NCBI RefSeq assembly: GCF_902713615.1
Contig: NC_052176.1
Location: 11,670,243-11,734,242, forward strand
Length of the DNA stretch: 64,000 bases
Source: Scyliorhinus canicula
Taxonomy: Eukaryota
Direction of reading: 5' to 3'
In this document: piece after piece, positions 12,658 through 24,252 of the stretch
Numbering within the stretch: position 1 is the first letter of the stretch
How the letters are laid out: each line of letters opens with the position of its first letter
Notes under the pieces: model-generated
The model's database searches: none
What the model was told of the DNA's origin: nothing
What the model saw: only the letters and a program-made list of their open reading frames with translations
Position numbers and translations under genes: made by a program

Positions 12658-13129
12658 TATCATGGAACGTCGAATCAACTTGTTTTGATAACAGCTTTTC
12701 ATCTGTAAATTAATCAGGAAAGTATTAATTAGGCTATAGATTGAGCAATCAACGTGGAAGTATCCATTTGCACTTTTTTGAAACTTTGTTGGGCTAAAAT
12801 GTATCAGAAGCACTTTAATCTCACAAGTTGTGAACCTTAGGCACATGTAAAAAGTCAGATAGTAGAGCTGATTGAAAAATACATAATTAATCCTAAATTT
12901 GTACTGAGACAAGTCCAAAATAAAATATTGGGGGAATGTCCAATTCACATAACAAGCATGTCTTTCGGGACTTCTGGGAGGAAATGGGAGCATGTGGAGG
13001 AAACCCATGGAGACACGGGGAAAATGTGCAGACTCTGCAGAGGCAGCGACCAAGTGGGAAACAAATCTTGGACCGTGGCGCTGTGAACCTCTCCCCTGAT
13101 ATACACAATGCCCTGTTACAAACTGTTTT

Positions 13130-14168
13130 TTCACACTCCCCTGGTTTGCATGCTGACTTGGTTTCACACTGCCCTGGTTTGCATGCTGACTTGGTTTCAC
13201 ACTGCCCTGGTTTGCATGCTGACTTGGTTTCACACTGCCCTGGTTTGCATGCTGACTTGGTTTCACACTGCCCTGGTTTGCATGCTGACTTGGTTTCACA
13301 CTGCCCTGGTTTGCATGCTGACTTGGTTTCACACTGCCCCTGGTTTGCATGCTGACTTGGTTCACACTGCCCTGGTTTGCATGCTGACTTGGTTTCACAC
13401 TCCCTGGTTTGCATGCTGACTTGGTTTCACACTGCCCTGGTTTGCATGCTGACTTGGTTTCACACTGCCCTGGTTTGCATGCTGACTTGGTTTCACACTG
13501 CCCTGGTTTGCATGCTGACTTGGTTTCACACTGCCCTGGTTTGCATGCTGACTTGGTTTCACACTGCCCTGGTTTGCATGCTGACTTGGTTTCACACTGC
13601 CCTGGTTTGCATGCTGACTTGGTTTCACACTCCCCTGGTTTGCATGCTGACTTGGTTTCACACTCCCTGGTTTGCATGCTGACTTGGTTTCACACTCCCC
13701 TGGTTTGCATGCTGACTTGGTTACACACTGCCCTGGTTTGCATGCTGACTTGGTTTCACACTGCCCTGGTTTGCATGCTGACTTGGTTTCACACTGCCCT
13801 GGTTTGCATGCTGACTTGGTTTCACACTGCCCTGGTTGCATGCTGACTTGGTTTCACACTCCCTGGTTTGCATGCTGACTTGGTTACACACTGCCCTGGT
13901 TTGCATGCTGACTTGGTTTCACACTCCCCTGGTTTGCATGCTGACTTGGTTTCACACTCGCCCTGGTTTGCATGCTGACTTGGTTTCACACTGCCCTGGT
14001 TTGCATGCTGACTTGGTTTCACACTGCCCTGGTTTGCATGCTGACTTGGTTTCACACTGCCCTGGTTTGCATGCTGACTTGGTTTCACACTCCCCTGGTT
14101 TGCATGCTGACTTGGTTTCACACTCCCCTGGTTTGCATGCTGACTTGGTTTCACACTCCCCTGGTTTG
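13130..14168. repeat. 33-bp minisatellite, ~31 units
   Basis: Unit CTGGTTTGCATGCTGACTTGGTTTCACACTGCC with occasional 1-nt indels. Confidence 0.98.
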
Positions 14169-14686
14169 AGCTCTCAACTGATGTACACACTCCCCAATTT
14201 GCACACACTCTTGTTGTGCATCTTTACCAGGTTCCATACACTCCCCTGGTTGAGATACCTCCCCTATTTTACACATTCCCCTAGTTTGCATATTCCCCTG
14301 CTTCACACACTCCCCTGCATTATACGCACTCCTCTGCTTCATACATCCCCCTGCTTCATACACCCCCCTGCGTAATGCACCCCCCTGCGTGATACACCGC
14401 ACTACTTTATGCAGTCCCCTGGTTTACACATCCCCCTGCTGTATGAACTCCCATACTTCATACATCCCCCTGCTTTATACACTCCCCTGGTTCACACATC
14501 CCCCTGCTGTATACACTCCCATGCTTCATACATCCTGCTGTTTAATTACCCCACTGCTTTATACAATCCTCTGCTTGATCCACTCCCCTGGTTTACACAT
14601 CACCCTGCTCTATGCATTGACATGCTTTATCCATCCCCCTGCTTCATAGGTCCCCCTGCTTTATGTACTCCCCTGGACTTTGTTTT

Positions 14687-14812
14687 CGGCCTGCATGGAG
14701 CTTATACACTCCATGATATCTCTCAGTTCTAGCAGTGCTCCCAGGCCTCGTTTCCTGTCCTCCCCCAGAACTGGCAAGTCCAGTCCATCGAGGAATAGCT
14801 TCATCCACGAGT
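14687..14812 (-). mobile_element. L1-clade LINE ORF2 fragment (left remnant, split by the CR1 insertion)
   Basis: Reverse complement resembles 38645-38770; continues at 20041. Confidence 0.75.
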
Positions 14813-15107
14813 TTGCACTGAGTGCTGAATTTGGTGCATTTGACTGCTATAGTGAGAGTTTGGTGACTGAGGGAGTATAAGGGTTCATTTTTATCTAAAG
14901 TCTAGTCTTTTTTTTATTTAGTTAAATAACTTAAAAGGTGCTGTTTGGTTTAGAAGAAGGTGAATTTTCAATCAGCTTTAAACAAGGTTCAACTTGTAGG
15001 TACTTGCAGCTGGAGCTTGTTAATTAGTTAATTGGATAAGGCCAGTTTTCAGAGGCTAGATTCACAGTATAAAAAGGATCCAGCTACAGTGCAGACATTG
15101 TTTGCAC

Positions 15108-15415
15108 TGAGTGCTGAACGTGGTGCATTTGAGTGCTGTAGTGAGAGTTTGGTGACTGAGGGAGTGCTGAATTTGAGTGCTATAGTGAGAGTTTGGTGAC
15201 TGAGGGAGTGCTGAATTTGGTGCATTTGAGTGCTGTAGTAAGAGTTAGGTGACTGAGGGAGTGCTGAATTTGGTGCATTTGAGTGCTATAGTGAGAGTTT
15301 GGTGACTGAGGGAGTGCTGAATTTGGTGCATTTGAGTGCTATAGTGAGAGTTAGGTGACTGAGGGAGTGCTGAATTTGGTGCATTTGAGTGCTATAGTGA
15401 GAGTTAGGTGAGGAG
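15108..15415. repeat. 53-bp tandem repeat in the CR1 5'UTR (~6 units)
   Basis: gagtgctgaatttggtgcatttgagtgctatagtgagagtttggtgactgagg; ~4 units at 62100-62315. Confidence 0.9.
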
Positions 15416-18400
15416 GGAGTAAGGTGCTCCTTTCATTTCATTTCTGCAAAGAGCGAGAAGGGAGCCAGGAGTTCACAGAGTGCAGCCGACTGGGAGCAGA
15501 GTCAGAGGGTGGAGGTCCAGTTGGTCCACAGGGCAGCTATATTCTGTAAGTTAAGAGGGGATGGAGGCTAGGGCAGTTGCATACTCCTCCTGTAGGATGT
15601 GGGTGGTGAGGGATACCACCGGTGTCCCCTCTGACTATACCTGCGGGAAGTGCACCCAACTCCAGCTCCTCGGAGACCGTGTTAGGGAACTAGAGCTGGA
15701 GCTGGATGAACTTCGGATCATCCAGGAGGCAGAGGGGGTAATAGGGAGTCACAGGGAGGTAACCGCACCCAAGGTGCAGGACAGGAGTAGCTGGGTTACA
15801 GTCAGGGGAAGGAAAACAAATGGGCAGACAGTGCAGAGATCCCTCGTGGCCGTTCCCCTTCAAAACAAGTATACTATTTTGGATGCTGTTGGGGGGATGA
15901 CCTACCGGGGGAAGGCCCTAGCGGCCAGGTCTCTGGCACTGAGTCTGGCTCTGGGGCTCAGAGGGGAAGGGGGGGGGGAATAGAAAAGCAATAGTAATAG
16001 GAGATTCAATGGTTAGGGGAATAGATAGGAGATTCTGTGGTCGCGAGCGAGACTCCCGGAAGGTATGTTGCCTCCCTGGGTGCCAGGGCCAGGGATGTCT
16101 CGGATCGTGTCTTCAGAATCCTGAAAGGGGGAGGGTGAGCAGCCAGAAGTCATGGTGCACATTGGTTCAAACGACGGAGGTAGGAAAAGGGGTGTGGAGG
16201 TAATAAACAAGTTTAGGGAGTTAGGCTGGAAGTTAAAGGCCAGGACAGACAGAATTGTCATCACTGGTTTGTTGCCGGTGCCACGTGTCAGCGAGGCTAG
16301 GAATAGGGAGAGAGTGCAGTTGCACACCTGGCTGCAGGAATGGTGCAGGAGGGAGGGCTTCAGGTATTTGGATAATTGGAGAGCATTCTGGGGAAGGTGG
16401 GACCTGTACAAGCAGGACGGGTTGCATCTGAACCAGAGGGGCACCAATATCCCGGGAGGGAGGTTTTCTAGTACTCTTCAGGAGGGTTTAAACTAATTTG
16501 GTAGGGGAATGGGAAACGGATTTGTAGTCCAGCAACTAAGGAAGCCGATATTCAGCTCACCAAAGTGTGTAGTGACGCAGTGGGGAAGGTAACACTGACA
16601 AAGGAGAGTACTTGCAGGCACGGAGATGGGTTGAAGTGTGTATACTTCAACGCAAGAAGCATCAGGAATAAGGTGGGTGAACTTAAGGCATGGATCGGTA
16701 CTTGGGACTAGGATGTGGTGGCCATCACGGAAACTTGGATAGAAAAGGGGCAGAAGCGGTTGTTGGAGGTCCCTGGTTATAGATGTTTGAACAAGATTAG
16801 GGAGGATGGTAAAAAAGGTGGGGGGGGGGGTGGCATTCTTAATTAGAGATAGTACAACAGCTGCAGAAAGTCAGTTCGAGTAGGATCTGCCTACTAAGGT
16901 AGTATGGGTTGAAGTCAGAAATAGGAAAGGAGCAGTCACCTTGTTGGGAGTTTTCTATAGCCCCCCCCCCCCCCCCCATAGCAGCAGAGATGTGGAGGAA
17001 CAGATTTTGGAAAGGTGCAGAAGTCACAGGGTAGTAGGCATGGGTGACTTCTACTTCCCAAACATTGAGTGGAAACTCTTTAGATCAAATAGTTTGGATG
17101 GGGTAGTGTTTGTGTAGTGTGCCCAGGAAGCATTTCTAACACAGTATGTAGATTGTCTGACCACAGGGGAGGCCATATTGGATTTGGTACTTGGTAATGA
17201 ACCAGGGCAAGTGACAGATTTGTTAGTGGGGGAGCATTTTGGAGGTAGTGACTACAATTCTGTGACTTCCACTTCAGCAATGTTTAGGTGCGTGCAACAG
17301 AACAAGGCTTACAATTGGGGGAAAGGTAAATACAATGCTGTAAGACAAGAACTGAAGTGCATAAGTTGGGAACATAGGCTGTCAAGGAAGAACACGTGAA
17401 ATGTGGAACTTGTTCAAGGGTCAGGTACTAAATGTCTTTGATATGTATGTCCCTGTCAGGCAGGGAACATATAGTCAAGTGAGGGAATCATGGTTGACAA
17501 GAGGTTGAATGTCTTGTTAAGAGGAAGAAAGAGACTTGTGTAAGGCTGAGGAAACAAGGTTCAGACAGGGCGCTGGAGGGATACAAGATAGCCAGGAGGG
17601 AACTGAAGAAAGGGATTAGGAGAGCTAAGAGAGGGCATGAAAAATCTTTGGCGGGTAGGATCAAGGAAAACCCCAAGGCCTTTTACACATTTGTGAGAAA
17701 TATGAGAATGACTAGAGCGAGGGTAGGTCCGATCAAGGACAGTAGCGGGTGATTGTGTATTGAGTCTGAAGAGATAGGAGAGGTCTTGAACGAGTACTTT
17801 TCTTGAGTATTTACAAACGAGAGGGGCCATATTGTTGGAGAGGACAGTGTGAAACAGACTGGAAAGCTCGAGGAGATACTTGTCAGGAAGGAAGATGTGT
17901 TGGGCATTTTGAAAAACTTGAGGATAGACAAGGCCCCAGAGCCTGACGGGATACACCCTAGGATTCTATGGGAAGCAAGAAATGAAATTGCAGAGCCGTT
18001 GTCAATGATCTTTTCGAACTCACTGTCAACAGGGGTGGTACCAGGAGGTTGGAGAGTGGCGAATGTTGTGCCTCTGTTCAAAAAAGGGAATAGGGAAAAC
18101 CCTGGGAATTACAGGCCAGTTAGTCTTACTTCGGTGGTAGGCAAAGTAATGGAAAGGGCACTGAGGGATAGGATTTCTGTGCATCTGAAAAGGCACTGCT
18201 TGATTAGGGATAGTCAGCACGGATGTGTGAGGGGTAGGTCTTGCCTTACAAGTCTTATTGAATTCTTTGAGGAGGTGACCAAGCATGTGGATGAAGGTAA
18301 AGCAGTGGATGTAGTGTACATGGATTTTAGTAAGGCATTTGCTAAGGTTCCCATGGTAGGCGTATTCAGAAAGTAAGGAGGCATGGGATAGTGGGAAATT

Positions 18401-18810
18401 TTGCCAGTTGGATAATGAACTGGCTAACCAATAGAAATCAGAGATTGGTAGTGGATGGGAAATATTCAGCCTGGAGCCCAGTTACCAGTGGAGTACCGCA
18501 GGGATCAGTTCTGGGTCCTCTGCTGTTTGTGATTTTCATTAATAACTTGGATGAGGGAGTTGAAGGGTGGGTCAGTAAATTTGCAGATGATACGAAGATT
18601 GGTGGAGTTGTGGATAGTGAGGAGGGCTGTTGTCGGCTGCAAGGAGACATAGATAGGATGCAGAGCTGGGCTGAGAAGTGGTAGATGGAGTGTAACCCTG
18701 ACAAGTGAGAGGTTGTCCATTTTGGAAGGAGAAATGTGAATGCGGAATACAGGGTTAACGGTAGGGTTCTTGGCAATGCTGAGGAGCAGAGAGATCTTGG
18801 GATCTATGTT

Positions 18811-18998
18811 GAAATGAAATGAAAAATGAAAATCGCTTATTGTCATGAGTAGGCTTCAATGAAGTTACGTGAAAAGCCCCTAGTCGCCACATACCGGCGC
18901 TTGTCCGGGGAGGCTGGTACGGGTATCAAACTGTGCTGCTGGCCTGCTTGGTGTGCTTTAAAAGCCAGCGATTTAGCCCAGTGAGCTAAACCAGACCC
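18811..18998 (-). mobile_element. Short tRNA-derived SINE inserted in CR1 ORF2
   Basis: Same family as 49506-49680; flanked by the direct repeat tatgtt. Confidence 0.9.
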
Positions 18999-19605
18999 TA
19001 TGTTCAGAGATCTTTGAACGTTGCCACTCAAGTGGATAGAGCTGTGAAGAAGGCCTATGGTGTGCTAGCGTTCATTGGCAGAGGGATTGAATTTAAGAGC
19101 CGTGAGGTGATGATGCAGCTGTACAAAACCTTGGTAAGGCCACATTTGGAGTACTGTGTGCAGTTCTGGTCACCTCATTTTTGGAAGGATGTGGAAGCTT
19201 TGGAAAAGGTGCTAAGGTAATTTACCAGGATGTTGCCTGGAATGGAGAGTAGGTCTTACGAGGAAAGGTTGAGGGTGCTCGGCCTTTTCTCATTAGAACG
19301 GAGAAGGATGAGAGGCGACTTGATAGAGGTTTATAAGATGATCAGGGGAATAGATAGAGTAGACAGTCCGAGACTTTTTTCCCCGAGTGGAACAAACCAT
19401 TACAAGGGTACATAAATTTAAGGTGAATGGTGGAAGATACAGTGGGGATGTCAGAGGTAGGTTCTTTACCCAGAGAGTAGTGGGGGCATGCAATGCACTG
19501 CATGTGGAAGTAGTTGAGTCGGCAACATTAGTGACCTTCAAGCGGCTATTGGATATGTACATGGATTATGGTAGAATAATGGAGTGTAGATTAATTTGTT
19601 CTTAA

Positions 19606-19960
19606 GGGCAGCACGGTAGCATTGTGGAGAGCGCAATTGCTTCACAGCTCCAGGGTCCCAGGTTTGATTCCGCCTTGGGTCACTGTCTGTGCGGAGTCTG
19701 CACATCCACCCCGTGTGTGCGTGGGTTTCCTCCGTGTGCTCCGGTTTTCTCCCACAGTCCAAAGATGTGCAGGTTAGGTGGATTGGCCATGATAAATTGC
19801 CCTTATTGTCCAGAACTGCCGTCAGTGTTGGGTGGGGTTACTGGGTTATGGGGATAGGGTGGAGGTGTTGACCTTGGGTAGGGTGCTCTTTCCAAGAGCC
19901 GATGCAGACTCGATGGGCCGAGTGGCCTGCTTCTGCACTGTAAATTCTATGATAATCTAT
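19606..19960 (+). mobile_element. HE1-type SINE inside the CR1 3'UTR
   Basis: gggcagcacggtagcattgtgg head, ggtttgattcc B-box, tail tgtaaattctatg; the LINE tail resumes after it. Confidence 0.9.
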
Positions 19961-20040
19961 GATTAATCTCGGACAAAGGTTCGGCACAACATTGTGGGCC
20001 GAAGGGCCTGTTCTGTGCTGTATTTTTCTATGTTCTATGT

Positions 20041-21985
20041 TCCCCTGTTGGGGATCTGAGGTGTGCAGTCCCCGGTAAAAGTCCTCAAGGTCTTGTTAAC
20101 CTTGTTTGGGTCTGTTTCTAGTGTGCCTCTGTTGTCCCTAATTTGCACAATCTTTCTGTTGGCTGCTCAGCTGGCCTTCTCTGCTGGTGTGCCAACAGGC
20201 GGCTGGCTTTGTCCCCGTGTTTGTATAGGGTTCCCCGTGCTTGGTGGAGTTGGTGCACTGCTTTACTCGTGGAGAGCAGGTCAAAGTCCATTTGTAGCTT
20301 TTCCCTCTCTGCCAAGAGCTCTATTGTTGGGGCTGACTGCTGCCTAGCCACTCTCTCCTCTCTCCCTTTGTGCTTTAAAGGCAATAGTTTCCCCTCCAAT
20401 CACGGCCTTTAGCTCCTCCCAGACATGGAAGCTGAGACCTCCCCATTTTGGTTGTTTGTCGTAATCTCCGCTATGGCCTGTGATACCCTCTCGCTGAAAG
20501 CCATGTTGGCCAGTAGGGCAGCGCCCAACCTCTATGTGGGGCATTGGGTACTGCCCATCTCCAACCTCACATCCATATAATGTGGAGCATGGTCTGAGAT
20601 TACGATTACGGAGACTCCGCCTTGACCAGCCCTGGGAGCACCGATTTTCCAACCAGAAAGAAGTGACTCCTCAAGTATATGTTGTGGACTGGTGAGAACA
20701 AGGAGAAATCCTGCTGCCCTGGGTGGGTGAACCTCCCACCGCCCCCATCTGCCCCATGAAGCGACCGGGTTCCTTCACCATGTTCAAGGTCTTCCCCGTT
20801 CCGGGGTTTGAGCTGTCTGTCCATGTGTTCTGTACACAGTTATAGTCCTCCACCCCCCACCATGATCAGTCGGTGTGTCGCTATGTAGGGGATTTCTGCC
20901 TTTGTCTTGTTAATGAATTTTGCGTTGTCCCAGTTGAGAGTGTTCACATTGACAGTACTACCGGTGCGCCATCCAACCATGACGTACCATCCCCCTGGGT
21001 CCGTTACCGTCATCGTCTCCTTAAACATAGTCCTGTTCTTTAACAGAATCACTACCCCCCAGGCCCTCGTCCCATGGCAGGAATGGTAAGTCTGTCCCAC
21101 CCAGCCCTTCCTTAGCCACAGCCGGTCCTGCTCTCTCAGGTGTGTCTCTTGGAGGACGACTATGTCGGCTCTCATGTTTCTTCGGTGGGTGAAGACTCTG
21201 GATCTTTTCACTGGGCCTTTAAGTTCCTTGACATTCCAGGTTACCAGGTCCCTTTTCCCATCGCCTCCCCTTCCCGTCCCCCCGCTCCCATCTTCTTTCC
21301 CTTCCTCTGTCCCCTTTCCCCAAGCTCCTTTTCCCCTATACTTCTCCGTCCCTGCTGTTTGTTCTCACTCCCCCTGTCAGGCACTGTTTCCTCCCCCCCC
21401 CCCCCCCCCCCCCCCCCCCCGTTGGAAGACAGCCGCGGCCTCTATCTGCTGCATGTTCCCGGCGTTAGCTCTCCCGCTAGTGTGGTGACCCTCCTCCCGG
21501 GAGTTACTGTCCCGCTGTCCTCCCACCCAATCTCTGCGGTTTCTGTATGTTCTTTCCACATCATGCCCGACACTTGGTCCTCCACCTTTTGCCCTTGTCT
21601 ACACGTATAGGGCCACCATCTTCCGCCTCTTCGTCAGTCAGTTGTGTTGTGGGGGTGGAGGAGGGGTGAGGTTCTTTTCTCCCCCTCCCCTCTCCAATTG
21701 TTGGTTTGCCAATGCGCTGCCGCTCTTCGCCTGGACCCCTTCGGCCTCTCCTGTGGTCACGGCCCCAGCCCGCAGTCTGTGACAAACGTATCTGCTTCAG
21801 TTGGGGCCTTAAAAACAATATTTTTTGCCCTGGTATGTGACCCAGGCCTGGCTGGATATAACATTCTTAAGTGAACGCCGCTTTCGTACAGCGCTGCTTT
21901 GGCCCTGTTAAATCCAGCTCTGCACGTGGCCAGGTCAGCCCCAATGTCCTGATAAATTCAGAGTCTGTGTCCTTCCCAATTTCAG
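20041..21985 (-). mobile_element. L1-clade LINE fragment (ORF1 end and ORF2 endonuclease), decayed
   Basis: Translation KRSRVF...ADIVVLQETHL...GWVGQ; same family as 37460-42605. Confidence 0.85.
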
Positions 21986-23214
21986 TTCCTCATGTTTAAA
22001 AATAAAAAACCAATGAGGAGACAATAAAATGGAGTTCTGCTCCGATCGGGCTGAGAAGCCCGAAGTGCCGGGACCTGCGCAGGAGACCACCCACGATGCA
22101 GTCGTCAATCACCCCAGCCCCGGAGAGAGAGAAGGTGAACAAAACCCCGAGAAATGGAGAGAGGCCCACAATTCAAACAAGAACGAAAACAGAGAGAGAG
22201 ACAAAAGGGACCAAGGGGAGAGAGACCCCACGAGACAGAGAGAAGTAAAGACCGACGGGAGGAGACAAGAAGAGGGGCAAAACACACCTCCAAAAAGACG
22301 GAGTTCTCCTTTGATCAGTCCGAACTGCTGGCACCAGTGGAGGAGCCGCCCACGATGCTGGCACTATGTCTTCACTTACAATTCTTTAGTTGCTCACCCA
22401 ATAGACCTTTTTTTTTCTCTTCCCCTGTACTCTGGTAAGTGCCTCCTTATGCCAAGATCTGAACTTTCCAAAATATTTGAATTGTTGCACTTGAAGGTGT
22501 TTTTGATTGTAGTGGAGAGCCTCCACGTGTGAGCTACCCCCTCTGAACTCAGCCCCCCTCTGTTTAGACTCATAACTCATTTTCCAAATTCCCCTCATTT
22601 CACACATTCACAGGTTTACATATTCCCCTTGTTTTGCACACTCTCCTTGTTTTACACAGTCCTATGGTTTACACATTATCCTGGTTAACCCACTCATCTG
22701 CTCAATACACTCCCCTGTTCCACACACGACTCTGGTTTACACATTTCCAATAGTTAACACACTCCCCATGTTTACCCACTCCTCTGTTATGCTTGGCTTT
22801 ACACACTCCCCTGCTTTTACACACTCTGCAAGTTTACATATGCTTTTCTTGTCCACACTCTCCTGCTTATAAGCACTCCCTGTTCACATTCACCACAAAT
22901 TCTATAAACTCCTGGTTTTAACTCCCCAGGTTTTACCCATTTCAACAAATACACACACTCATATTGTGTAATTGTCAGGTTTTCACAATCCTCTCTTAAA
23001 CATACTTATTCACCTGGTTTTACACACACACACCTGGTATTACTGCCTCAAATTATACATGTATTGTACAATCACTGGGTACACCCAGCTTGCACAATCA
23101 CTTACTTTTTCACACTTTCCTTGTTAACACACTTGCACCCATGGCTTTGCACGATCCATTGGTTGTACACACATCACTGACATTACACACTCCCAGTTTA
23201 TGTAATTCTATTAC

Positions 23215-23425
23215 AGGGGAGTGAGCAAAGCAGGGGAGCGAGGGAACCAGGGGAGCGAGTAAAGCAGGGAGCGAGTAAAGCAGGGGAGCGAGCGAACCAG
23301 GGAGCGAGCGAACCAGGGGAGCGAGCGAAGCAGGGGAGCGAGCGAAGCAGGGAGCGAGCAAGCGAAGCAGGGGAGCGAGCGAACCAGGGAGCGAGCGAAG
23401 CAGGGGAGTGAGCGAACCAGGGGTA
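23215..23425. repeat. ~17-bp minisatellite, ~12 units
   Basis: ggggagcgagcgaagca / gggagcgagcgaacca. Confidence 0.9.
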
Positions 23426-23679
23426 GTGTGTAAAACAGCACAGTATTTAATTCCCGGATATGCTAACAAATAGCCGTGTGTGTGAAGAACCAGAGTGTGT
23501 GAGCAGGGGTGTGTGTTAAACCAGGCAAATGTATAAACCAGGGGCTGTGGAAACCAGGAGAGTGAGAAAACTAGGAATGTGCTAAACCAGGAGTGTGTGC
23601 AAAATTAGGGCAGTGAGTAAAGCAGTTGATTGTATAAATCAAATTCACTTTGCAAATTGGAAATGGGTGATAATGAAGT

Positions 23680-23940
23680 GAATCAGTGAAATGTTAGTTT
23701 GCAGAAAGTGTGAGTTTGAGGGGCTGAGTGACAGTGTAATAACAAACAAGCTGCAGGCAATGACTGCAAATTGAATATTTCATTGGGACAAACACACAGC
23801 TACAAAGGTGATTGAATGACCCCCTTGGGCGCAGGGCCACTTGCACCCACACACACACAGTCCCCCCAACACGGAGCTCTATCAGAGATTTCGCTCCCTA
23901 TGTGATGACAGTGAAATGGGGAATATTCCCATTGATTCTC
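23680..23940 (+). repeat. Element E copy 2 (no downstream GC promoter)
   Basis: Matches 11323-11584 and ends at cccattgattctc. Confidence 0.9.
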
Positions 23941-24158
23941 AAAGTACCAGGGACTGATACATACAGGATAGATCTGGCACAGAGGTTTTGGCAAAGAATG
24001 AAAACTGCTGATGAAATGTGAAATTCACACTCACTACCAGTGGCAACCTCACAATGAGCTGTTGTTTGTGTATCGGACCACACCCCAACATTCGTTAGGA
24101 TACCGGACAAGAAACTGCAAACATCTTTTTCAATTTGTAAATTGAAAATTGTACATTA

Positions 24159-24252
24159 ACTCAATGTACAGCTCATATATACAGAATAAACTCGATGTAC
24201 AGCTCAAATGTACAGAATAAACTCTATGTACAGCTCAAATATACAGAATAAA
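24159..24252. repeat. 31-bp tandem repeat, 3 units
   Basis: actc(a/g/t)atgtacagctcaaatatacagaataa. Confidence 0.85.

Larger units (their letters stand above)
14813..20040 (+). mobile_element. Full-length but inactivated CR1-clade LINE (HER1-like)
   Basis: 5'UTR 53-bp repeats; ORF1 15561-16496 with Cys motif, coiled coil and SGNH esterase blocks (GDS, GxND, DGLH); ORF2 endonuclease [30 protein letters not shown]; ttctatg tail; many stops and frameshifts. Confidence 0.95.

Noticed and set aside
13130-14168. CRISPR-like array
   Set aside because: Head-to-tail repeats with no unique spacers, no cas genes, vertebrate context
21990-22560. 167-aa ORF at 22029-22532
   Set aside because: Low-complexity purine-rich sequence, probably rearranged LINE pieces; no recognisable domain
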